The notes under the pieces were generated by a model. That model had not been told where the DNA came from and searched no databases. It saw only the letters and a program-made list of their open reading frames with translations. Shown here in pieces: positions 9,174-17,907 of a DNA stretch of 42,828 bases (its first letter is position 1; each line of letters opens with the position of its first letter). The stretch lies in sequence record DRR378314_81. One strand, written 5' to 3'. A program made the translations under genes and the position numbers.

Positions 9174-9923
9174 ATGTTAAAAACACTCTCACACGCTACA
9201 TTGATAATCGCAGGATTACTGTCTACTCAAGCTTTGGCTTGGAATAACGATATGACATTACAAGAGACTAAACAGTTGAGTTTAGCACAATCAAAGCTCA
9301 CTACTTTAGCTGTAGAAAGTGGTTCAGGGTTTTTAAACATTATTGGTAGTGACACGGATGAAGTTACCGTTAAAGCAGAAATTTATCAGTATGAACCGCA
9401 CAATAATTACTGCCTATCTTTAGAACAAAATGCTAAAACAGCCCAGCTGATCGCTAATAATTGTAATAATAAATCTAATAGCAATTATGAAAACCAAACA
9501 CGTATCGACTTAACAGTTTCTGTACCGTCGTCGTTTATGCTAGAAATTAACGATGGCTCTGGTGCAATTGAAATTGAAAATACCGCCGATACAACAATTC
9601 ACGATGGATCAGGAAAAATAGTGGTAAACATGATTTCTGGACCGTTGACAATTGAAGATGGATCAGGCTCTATTGATGCAACAAATATAACAGGCAAGGT
9701 TGAAATACATGATGGCTCTGGCAGCATCGACTTGTCAAATAGTAACGCAGATGTTTTGATTCATGATGGGTCTGGCAATATTGATGTCGAACAAACAACA
9801 GGCTCAGTTACAATTTCAGATGGATCTGGTGGTATTTATGTTAATCAGGCGCAAAGCTTTAAGCTAGTTGCTGATGGTTCTGGGCGCGTAAAAGTTAAAA
9901 ATGTGCAAAACACTAAACTGTAA
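9174..9923 (+). CDS. Exported DUF4097-like beta-strand repeat protein
   Basis: Signal peptide ending ..QALA-W; seven DGSG repeats at roughly 17-19-aa spacing; AAGGA RBS. Confidence 0.8.
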   Translation: MLKTLSHATLIIAGLLSTQALAWNNDMTLQETKQLSLAQSKLTTLAVESGSGFLNIIGSDTDEVTVKAEIYQYEPHNNYCLSLEQNAKTAQLIANNCNNKSNSNYENQTRIDLTVSVPSSFMLEINDGSGAIEIENTADTTIHDGSGKIVVNMISGPLTIEDGSGSIDATNITGKVEIHDGSGSIDLSNSNADVLIHDGSGNIDVEQTTGSVTISDGSGGIYVNQAQSFKLVADGSGRVKVKNVQNTKL

Positions 9924-9933
9924 TCACTCAAAT

Positions 9934-10030
9934 GTCTGTTGACCTTTTAGGGTTGATATTGATTTAATTTAGAACAAAATAATCGCGGCGCCGCGTTACT
10001 TAGTTAGCTAAATGATAACGAGCTAAGATG
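9934..10030. repeat. Degenerate remnant of the MITE-like repeat
   Basis: GTCTGTTGACCTTT (9934-9947) is identical to 42803-42816 and 21/26 when extended. A 12-bp palindrome CGCGGCGCCGCG lies at 9984-9995. The right boundary is approximate. Confidence 0.5.
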
Positions 10031-10196
10031 GTAGTTTTATCGTGCGCCGCATTAGCGTTCAAGTTTACAATTTTAAAAAGCTTTTTTATCTACGCTTCAC
10101 TATTTTATTTTCATTACTTTAATAGCATTTTTTCAAGCCCTTAGGTATCCTTTAGCCTATTATTCAGGAACGGCTATTACAAAAGGATAGCGCACT

Positions 10197-10709
10197 ATGA
10201 AAAAGTCTTTGTCTGCAATATTTACCGCCATGGTTTTAGCTGGCTGTACAAACTTAACTGCTGAGCAACAAGCCCAAATTGACAGCCTCACACCATGCGA
10301 AAAAATAAGCGGTTTACTGTCTGCCTATGATAATCGTTTTGAAGGCTTAAAACGTGCACGCGTTAACACAAAATATATGGAAACCTGGACTGCGAAATAT
10401 AATTTAGTGGGTGATGAATGCCAAATCACAGCTCTTGATAAAGATACAATGACATACCGATGCCAAGATGAGTACAGTGAGCAAAGTGAAGCAGTTGCAC
10501 TTCATCAAAAAGCAGTTGATTTTACTCGACAGTGCTTATCAACTAAAAACTGGTATGAGCAACAAAAAGAGTCGGCTGATTCACTTCGCACAACCTTTGT
10601 ACTTGATGAAACGAAACCAGTGATTTCAATCCATACGGGTAAAACTTTATCTCGCTCTAAGCCTTGGTCTACGTCATTAGAAATAGGTAAACCTGTTGCA
10701 GCTAACTAA
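10197..10709 (+). CDS. Hypothetical lipoprotein
   Basis: MKK plus hydrophobic stretch and lipobox LAGC; AAGGA RBS. Confidence 0.8.
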   Translation: MKKSLSAIFTAMVLAGCTNLTAEQQAQIDSLTPCEKISGLLSAYDNRFEGLKRARVNTKYMETWTAKYNLVGDECQITALDKDTMTYRCQDEYSEQSEAVALHQKAVDFTRQCLSTKNWYEQQKESADSLRTTFVLDETKPVISIHTGKTLSRSKPWSTSLEIGKPVAAN

Positions 10710-10723
10710 TGACTCAATTGTCA

Positions 10724-10750
10724 TTGAAAGCCAGATATTCTGGCTTTCAA
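10724..10750. terminator. Perfect 12-bp stem-loop between the lipoprotein and DUF1289 genes
   Basis: TTGAAAGCCAGA-tat-TCTGGCTTTCAA. It lacks a long U tail, so it may be a stabilising hairpin rather than a terminator. Confidence 0.5.
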
Positions 10751-10765
10751 CACAAATAAGTTAAC

Positions 10766-10948
10766 ATGAAAAATATAAAACCTGTCACAGCTAAATTTAA
10801 GACTGACTGTATTGGTCAGTGCCATCGATTAAAAGGTCACTGCACTGGGTGCGGTCGTTCTAATGACGAAATATTTGATTGGATAATTTTATCTGATGAT
10901 GAAAAAGCAAAGATTTTACAAACACCGAGGGAACAGCCCCATAAGTAA
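10766..10948 (+). CDS. DUF1289-family small Cys-rich protein
   Basis: CIGQC....GHCTGCGRS.DEI.DW..LSD.EK pattern. Confidence 0.8.
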   Translation: MKNIKPVTAKFKTDCIGQCHRLKGHCTGCGRSNDEIFDWIILSDDEKAKILQTPREQPHK

Positions 10949-10998
10949 TCAATTTGTATCCATGGTAGGCAAACTTATTTTCATTGTTAATATTCGAG

Positions 10999-13422
10999 TT
11001 ATTCGTACTCTAGTAGCGTCCCATACAACCTTGATAACTCAATAGGTTTAGGCACATGGGCGTCGAAACCAAGCTTAAGATACTGTCTGACGTCTTCAAC
11101 CATTACATTTGCAGTTAAGGCAATAATGGGGATTGAATTGTTTAACGTTTTTATTGATTTCAGGGCTTCGACACCATCCATAACCGGCATATGTATATCC
11201 ATTAAAACCAAATCAAATGGCTGATTTTTAAACGCATCTACGGCCAACATACCATTTTCGACAATAACTAAACTTGATTCTGTTTCCTGCAACATCGTTT
11301 TAATTAGCATTTGATTTATCTTATTATCTTCTGCAATTAATATACGTTTACCTCTTAAGGCAGGTGGAGTACACGACTGAGCTTTTACTTTTTTTGGTGC
11401 AACATGTGTTTTCTCCAATGGCAAAGTGACGTCGATTATGGTCCCTCTACCTTTGATACTATTTACTGCAATTTCTCCGCCCATCAACTTAACCAAACTA
11501 ATAGTTATGGACATGCCTAGCCCAGTTCCTCCGTATTCTCGTGTTGTAGATGTATCAGCTTGAGAAAAACGTTCGAAAATACGTCCTTGAGCCTCTTCAC
11601 TCATGCCTATACCGGAATCTTCTACTTTAATCAGGATTGTTTGTTGGCTTTTATGTTCTATACAATCAACAGCTATTTTTACGCAGCCTTGATTAGTAAA
11701 CTTGACCGCATTAGAAGCTAAATTTAGGATAATTTGCTTTACTCGAACCTGATCACCTAGCCAGTTATCATGAAAATTTTTACTCACCTCAATTTTAAAA
11801 TCGATTTGTTGATTGCTTATCAATGCATCTAGATCATATTTTACTGAATTTAGAATATCCACAATAGACAATGGCATTTTTTCTATTTCAATTTTGTTAG
11901 ATTCTACTTTTGAATAGTCCAGAATGTCGTTGATTATAGTGAGTAGGCTTTTAGCAGATGAGGTGGCATTGACTAATATTTTTCGTAAGTCTGTAGATAA
12001 CTCTGCATTATCTAATAGTTGCAGCCCACCAAGTATTGCGTTCATTGGTGTACGTATTTCATGGCTCATATTCGCAAGAAAATCACTTTTAATTTTAGAG
12101 GCGTTCTCAGCTGCCACTCTTGCATTTTCAGACGTTTCTATCGCTTGTATTTTATCAGTAACATCATAACTCACACCAATTACTTTTAATGGAGTGCCCC
12201 ATTTATCGCGTATAACTCGCGCACTCGCTTTCAAAGTTCTTATTTTTCCGTCTGGGTGTACGACCCTAAACTCTGGTTCGTAGAGAGCACCCTTTTCAAT
12301 TGAATCTTTCAACTGCGCATTCGCAAGCTCAATGTCATCAGGGTGTACAGCTTTAACCCAATCATCATAAGACTCTTTAAACTGCTCTTTTTTCAACCCA
12401 TAGAGTGTGAGCATAAGCTCATCCCAAAATAGCTTGCCAGTAATGAGATCCCACTCCCAAACACCAATTTGTGCAGATGTATTGGCCAATTGAATTCTTA
12501 ATGCCAATAAATCTGCTTTTTCAATTGCATTTAATAATTGTTGCTCGGTATTTTTTTGCTCTGATGTATCTTGCACCACTGACCAAATAAGATCATCGCC
12601 ATTTTCATCCATAACTTTAATACCGGAAAGGCGCACAGGAAATGTCACCCCGCTTTTATTAATATACTCCTTTTCATAAGGGCCATACCGCCCGGTCTCT
12701 ACTAAAGATAACAGCTGCTTTTCTTCTTGTTCTTTGTATTTGTCTGGGGTGATTTGCCAATAATCAATGGCATTAATTTCATCGACCGTATACCCTGTTA
12801 TGTGGCTAAATTCATTGTTCACATAATGAAATGCGCCATCCTTTAAAGAGTTCACTGCAATACCAACAGGTGCTAAGTTTACAAAACTCTCAAATTTTAT
12901 TTTTTCTTTTTGATACGCCGCTTTGTAGTGCTTGATATTAGTGTGTGCAGCTTCTAACTGATCTTTAACTTCCATTAAATCAGAGATATCTCTTCCGATC
13001 GCCAGTATTAAGTTCTTATCCTGTATTTGCACTGCACTTAAAGAAACTAGGCAAGGAAACTCAGTACCATCAATTTTAGAGTGCGTCCATTGAAATAACT
13101 GTGGCCCATCAGAGTGAGCTTTTTCGACATACCTATTAGCTAATTCTTCAGAAGATTTACCACATGGTTGTATAGGTGGTGAGATGTCTGATGGGGATAA
13201 ATTTAAGAAGTTATTCTTACTCTCAACGCCATGCATCTTGATTGCTGAATCATTGCATTGAATAAACTTCCCTGAGCTCAAATCGATGATTGATAAAGCA
13301 TCACCTGAGACCTCAAATAGCTTTTTATATTTGTCTCTTTCAAATGAGACTTTTGCTAATTGCTCTCTTAAGTGAAGATTTTCTTTTTCTAAATCACGCT
13401 GATTTTTATTAGACATTACCAT
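10999..13422 (-). CDS. Cytoplasmic hybrid sensor histidine kinase (3 PAS, HisKA, HATPase, REC)
   Basis: H-box FLANMSHEIRTPMN, NLASNAVKFT, DSGIG, GGTGLG; receiver AEDN..N, LMDIHMP, KP. No transmembrane segment is evident. The start may be 13416. Confidence 0.92.
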   Translation of the reverse strand: MVMSNKNQRDLEKENLHLREQLAKVSFERDKYKKLFEVSGDALSIIDLSSGKFIQCNDSAIKMHGVESKNNFLNLSPSDISPPIQPCGKSSEELANRYVEKAHSDGPQLFQWTHSKIDGTEFPCLVSLSAVQIQDKNLILAIGRDISDLMEVKDQLEAAHTNIKHYKAAYQKEKIKFESFVNLAPVGIAVNSLKDGAFHYVNNEFSHITGYTVDEINAIDYWQITPDKYKEQEEKQLLSLVETGRYGPYEKEYINKSGVTFPVRLSGIKVMDENGDDLIWSVVQDTSEQKNTEQQLLNAIEKADLLALRIQLANTSAQIGVWEWDLITGKLFWDELMLTLYGLKKEQFKESYDDWVKAVHPDDIELANAQLKDSIEKGALYEPEFRVVHPDGKIRTLKASARVIRDKWGTPLKVIGVSYDVTDKIQAIETSENARVAAENASKIKSDFLANMSHEIRTPMNAILGGLQLLDNAELSTDLRKILVNATSSAKSLLTIINDILDYSKVESNKIEIEKMPLSIVDILNSVKYDLDALISNQQIDFKIEVSKNFHDNWLGDQVRVKQIILNLASNAVKFTNQGCVKIAVDCIEHKSQQTILIKVEDSGIGMSEEAQGRIFERFSQADTSTTREYGGTGLGMSITISLVKLMGGEIAVNSIKGRGTIIDVTLPLEKTHVAPKKVKAQSCTPPALRGKRILIAEDNKINQMLIKTMLQETESSLVIVENGMLAVDAFKNQPFDLVLMDIHMPVMDGVEALKSIKTLNNSIPIIALTANVMVEDVRQYLKLGFDAHVPKPIELSRLYGTLLEYE

Positions 13423-13607
13423 CCTGACTTACGAATTATGGTTACTTTATAAACCTAAAGTGTAAGTCAAATTATAATCAATTTTCTGAGCGCGTCTAGT
13501 TCTTGAACAACTGAGCATACTATGTCCTTTATAGGTAATACTCCAAAGAGTCAGTTTTACTTTCCTGATGATTTGGGTTTCGTCGTTTAATCTTGGTTTA
13601 ACAACAT

Positions 13608-14525
13608 TTAAAAATTACGACCTGTAGTTGCTAAAGAAACGGCCTCTATGGCGCCTCGTTTTTGCATGGTAATATACAAAACCCTGCCATTTTCGCCGCC
13701 AAACGCTACATTAGTAGGAAACTCCCCATTAAGTTCAATGGTATTGATTAACTTTCCTTGTGGTGAAACAACCGCAATTTGTCCTGCCCCATAGCGCGCA
13801 ATATAAAGGTTTCCTTGTTTATCAGAGCGCATACCATCAATACCAAATTCAGAAAAATTGATTAGCAATTGTTTGTTAGATACATTGCCAACTTCATCTA
13901 AATCATAACGCCAGACATTTCGCTGCACACTTTCATTTACATATAATGTTTTGTTATCAGGACTAACCTCAATGCCATTGGTTGTGCCCATATTTGATTC
14001 AAGTAACGTTACTTTACCGTCTTGATTTATTCGCCATAAGTTGCCCGTATTATTTGCCCAATTTGGATCGCTGGCAAATAAAATACCATTACCCATAATT
14101 GCAATATCATTCGGTTGATTCATGCTGTTCTCATGGGCAAATACGTGCACAGAATCAGACACATCTCCCCCATTTGTAAGGGCAGAAACCGACACCTTGA
14201 GGATATTGTGATTCACATAATCAGCAATATACATATTACCCATGCCGTCAAATCGAATACCGTTACCAATCGAACCATTTTCTAGGGTAAGCAATGTATC
14301 CACTTTATTCTTGCCAACAACTCTGCCTATGGTGCCCTGTTGTTTATAATTAACGGCATATAAAACACCATTTTTATCAACAGCTGGACCTTCAATACCC
14401 TGTGTGAATAAACCGTCACTAATATAGTCCTCTGACACATGCATAATTTTAGACTGTATTGCCTCGCCTGCCATTACATTGGCGGCGCAACTAAGTAGTA
14501 AACTTGATAGAATTATCGCTTTCAT
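13608..14525 (-). CDS. Exported SMP-30/gluconolactonase family protein
   Basis: IEGP, PND, NGI..SPD..TLYV, DG...D..GNLY, PTNVAFGG. ATG at 14525 (MKAIILSSLLLSCAANVMA signal peptide) follows AAGGA and sits 1 nt after the GH20 stop. Confidence 0.88.
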   Translation of the reverse strand: MKAIILSSLLLSCAANVMAGEAIQSKIMHVSEDYISDGLFTQGIEGPAVDKNGVLYAVNYKQQGTIGRVVGKNKVDTLLTLENGSIGNGIRFDGMGNMYIADYVNHNILKVSVSALTNGGDVSDSVHVFAHENSMNQPNDIAIMGNGILFASDPNWANNTGNLWRINQDGKVTLLESNMGTTNGIEVSPDNKTLYVNESVQRNVWRYDLDEVGNVSNKQLLINFSEFGIDGMRSDKQGNLYIARYGAGQIAVVSPQGKLINTIELNGEFPTNVAFGGENGRVLYITMQKRGAIEAVSLATTGRNF

Positions 14526-14526
14526 T

Positions 14527-16938
14527 TTATTCCTTATCCTGCGCAGCAACGCAGTGTAAATATAAATCTCGAACTGGGTAAATACCGGCTATCACTAGCT
14601 CATCTGACAAAGACGTTAATGTCAGTAGCTCATCTTCTATTTCTTTAACCGCCTTATTGCTTTTACACACCTCAAGTACGGTTTTAGAGTGTGCTATAAA
14701 CCGCGTTAACTTTTCAAAAACCGGTTGTAATAGTTTCAATTGCTCGCTTTTACTCAGCAAGCCATGCTCAAGAGCTAATGCCCTCTCCCATGTTAAAAGT
14801 TGTTTGTATATGTTTTCAGATGCTTTTTTATTGCCTGATATAAATGCATTTACCTGCTGTTTCAAATAACGTATTTGGTCACTTTCCACTGCTAAAAAAT
14901 CAACATAAGAATCAAGTGGTGCATTTTGATGGTATTTGTCATTTAAAAATTTAATATGATGGCGAGTGTAATAGTGACTTGGTTCAAGTAGTTGTGCCAT
15001 GGTGTTGAGTAAATTTAACGTCCCTATTTGCTCGCGCTCTGTAAGCTTGCTGTTTATTAGCGCCTTAAATCCTGACCGCTGCTGCTTGTTATGTGATAGG
15101 TTAATAACCTTATCTGCAAAAACGTTAACTTTTTCTAACCGCTCATACATCGATTGTGGATTGTTTACTCGCGCTTGTGACCAAAGACGCTCAGCAATGG
15201 CAAATAGCCTCGGCCATATTCGTAAATCAATATTATCTTCAGTTACCATTTCACTCCAAATTGTAGCCTCAGCCCCTAAAATTGAGGCTTCCTGTGTTTT
15301 TGACAATGGTTGCGTAATAGTTACGGGGGCTGGTGATAGTGAATCCTCAATTGTGATCGGGTAGCGGCTATTACCAATCAATACAAAACCTGTATTTTTA
15401 ATAAAGTTAAATTCAAAAGTCAGTGGGCCCATCCAACTATCTAGTTTAGCTGATAGATGTTGAGTAGAAGATGACTCGCTTGTAAGTACAGCTCGTTGAT
15501 GGTGATTATTATTTAATTTAATTAATAGTTGCGAACCTAATAACAGCAGCTCTCCCTTTACAGCTTTGCCTTTTAATCGTTCTATAACAAACTGTTTTGC
15601 CAACCTCTTAGGTTGTGTTAAATCGATTGTTGGGGGGAGTAAAAGAGGGTCATTACGATAGTGATAATCTGTATATTGTGGTTGATCGATATAAAACCCA
15701 GTTGACAACAACCCTTTGTAGCCAGCTTTAGCAATAGTGTTTAAAGAATCGTGCCCTCGCCAAGATTGCACTACAATGTTGTTAGGTAGTTGAGGGTGAA
15801 ATATTTCATCCCAGCCTACCATTACTCGTTGATGTTTAGCGATGATTGGCTGAACTTTACTATTAAAATAGCTTTGTAAATCAGCCCCCGATTGCAACTT
15901 GTATTGTTGCATCAAGTTGTTAATTCTTGAATCCTCAAGCCAGTGTTCTGGGTCAACTTCATCGCCACCGATATGAAAAAAGCGATCTGGAAATAAAGTC
16001 ACCATTTCGCCAATCAGCGTATCAATAAACTCATACACTTCTGGATTTGCAATATCAAGTAAAGGTTTAAAAACTCCCCAATGGCGCTCCATTTCATAGT
16101 GCTTATTTTTGGTCATTAATTTAGGATAAGCCACCGCTATTGCACTGGCGTGGCCTGGCATGCCAACTTCAGGAAGAACTCTTATTCCAAGTAAACTCGC
16201 ATACTCGACAACCTCTTTGATCTCTTGTTGACTGTAATAATCACCATCTGATGCTGCTGTTGTCAGACGTGGGTACTGTTTACTTTCAACTCTCCAGCCT
16301 TGATCGTCCGTTAGATGCCAGTGGAAAACATTAAGCTTTGCCGCGACCATACCATCTAGCTGACGTTTAATGGTTTGCAGTGATAAAAAATGTCGCGCAC
16401 TGTCTATTAATAAGCCACGCCAAGCATAACGAGGTTCATCTTCAATACTGAGTATTGGCAAAGAAATGCCTTTTTTTTCTCTGCGAGCTTCGCCTGTATT
16501 TGCAAGTTGTATTAATGTAGTCAGCGCATGCTGAGCACCAAATACACTTATAGCCTGTATGTTCACCCCGCTGTTACTAATTAATATAGTGTAGCTTTCA
16601 TCTTCACCAAATTGAGGGACAGTTAAAGTCGTTTCTGGTTGATGTATGCTAATTTTGATATCAGCAAGCTCTTTATTTCCTGGTGATATTTTTACAGCGC
16701 CCTGATTTATTCGCGATAAATGTAATTGCAGACGCTGCAACTGAAAGTTTTGTCGTGATTTACTCATCCCCTCGATATACACCGAAAAAGCTGAGCCGAG
16801 ATTGAGCTCAGCGCCATTTTGAGAAATGTATTTAGGCATGGGCATAAGAGGTAAGTCCGAATGAGGATGAACCGAGCTAAAAGCCAGACTTGAAAATAAT
16901 AAACTCAATAAAGTGAATATAGCTTTGTAACAACGCAT
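14527..16938 (-). CDS. ongA: GH20 beta-N-acetylhexosaminidase (OngA-like), exported
   Basis: Signal peptide; RGLLIDSARHF, KLNVFHWHLTDDQGWR, PGH, catalytic HIGGDE, GWDE, WSE, IWPR. The symbol is assigned from gene context. Confidence 0.9.
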   Translation of the reverse strand: MRCYKAIFTLLSLLFSSLAFSSVHPHSDLPLMPMPKYISQNGAELNLGSAFSVYIEGMSKSRQNFQLQRLQLHLSRINQGAVKISPGNKELADIKISIHQPETTLTVPQFGEDESYTILISNSGVNIQAISVFGAQHALTTLIQLANTGEARREKKGISLPILSIEDEPRYAWRGLLIDSARHFLSLQTIKRQLDGMVAAKLNVFHWHLTDDQGWRVESKQYPRLTTAASDGDYYSQQEIKEVVEYASLLGIRVLPEVGMPGHASAIAVAYPKLMTKNKHYEMERHWGVFKPLLDIANPEVYEFIDTLIGEMVTLFPDRFFHIGGDEVDPEHWLEDSRINNLMQQYKLQSGADLQSYFNSKVQPIIAKHQRVMVGWDEIFHPQLPNNIVVQSWRGHDSLNTIAKAGYKGLLSTGFYIDQPQYTDYHYRNDPLLLPPTIDLTQPKRLAKQFVIERLKGKAVKGELLLLGSQLLIKLNNNHHQRAVLTSESSSTQHLSAKLDSWMGPLTFEFNFIKNTGFVLIGNSRYPITIEDSLSPAPVTITQPLSKTQEASILGAEATIWSEMVTEDNIDLRIWPRLFAIAERLWSQARVNNPQSMYERLEKVNVFADKVINLSHNKQQRSGFKALINSKLTEREQIGTLNLLNTMAQLLEPSHYYTRHHIKFLNDKYHQNAPLDSYVDFLAVESDQIRYLKQQVNAFISGNKKASENIYKQLLTWERALALEHGLLSKSEQLKLLQPVFEKLTRFIAHSKTVLEVCKSNKAVKEIEDELLTLTSLSDELVIAGIYPVRDLYLHCVAAQDKE

Positions 16939-17907
16939 TTAACTTTCCCGAACAATAAGGTCTGTGAGCACTTTTTTAGGAATAAGTGCACCATGGTATT
17001 GAATCACCCTAGCAGCAAGGCGGTGGGCAAACTTGGCTGACTCATCATAATCTTTTGTTTTAAAAGTAGCGGATAAAAATCCCGCCGCAAAAGCATCACC
17101 TGCTGCTGTTGTGTCGATAATTTTGCTACTAACAAGTGCCTCTGGTGAGATTCGCAATATACTATCCCCTCCTTTATCTACAACAATACATGGGGCACTT
17201 CCACATCGGATAACAAAAGTATCAGGGTGGTTGGGTTGACTAAAATGACATTGTATAATCTCATCTACATTCGTCGTTCCATATACGCTATATTCATCTT
17301 CATCGGTTAAAAAGACTAGTTCTGCTAAGGCCATTATTTTTTTAAACCAGCCTCTAGCTTCAAAGGCGCCCCATAATGCAGAACGGTAATTATTATCGAA
17401 GATAATTACTCCGCCACGTTGTTTGAATTGAATGAGTGATCTAATCAACAGTTCTCTTTGTGCATCACATAAAACTGCGAGGCTTACCCCCGAAAGATAA
17501 ATTGCATCAAACTCTTTTTCTCCCAAAGCCTCCAATAAAGCAGGGTGTTGCTCAACGTACTGTTTAACTGGGCTTTTAGAACGGTCAAAATCAAATTGGC
17601 GCTCACCACGGTTGTCAAGTTTGATCCAGTATTGCCCTAAATTCATACCTGTTCGAGTCGCTATATATTTTGTTTTTATGCCTGAGCTTTTTAGTAAGTC
17701 ACTCAACTTGTGACTTGCAGTATCATCACCAATAGCTGTTGCATAATAAATAGCGAGAATAGAGTCATGTTTAATCAATTGTGCTAAATACCAAGCAGTA
17801 TTGAAGGTATCACCGGCAAAGCTTGTATCGGCATCAGCACGATGTTCCACCATGCACTCACCAAAAAAAACGATGCTTTTAATATTACTTAGGAATGCTT
17901 TCTTCAT
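16939..17907 (-). CDS. kdgK: 2-keto-3-deoxygluconate kinase (PfkB family)
   Basis: GECMVE, GDTFNTA.YL, FDNNYR..LW, DTTAAGDAF.AGF. Confidence 0.85.
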   Translation of the reverse strand: MKKAFLSNIKSIVFFGECMVEHRADADTSFAGDTFNTAWYLAQLIKHDSILAIYYATAIGDDTASHKLSDLLKSSGIKTKYIATRTGMNLGQYWIKLDNRGERQFDFDRSKSPVKQYVEQHPALLEALGEKEFDAIYLSGVSLAVLCDAQRELLIRSLIQFKQRGGVIIFDNNYRSALWGAFEARGWFKKIMALAELVFLTDEDEYSVYGTTNVDEIIQCHFSQPNHPDTFVIRCGSAPCIVVDKGGDSILRISPEALVSSKIIDTTAAGDAFAAGFLSATFKTKDYDESAKFAHRLAARVIQYHGALIPKKVLTDLIVRES

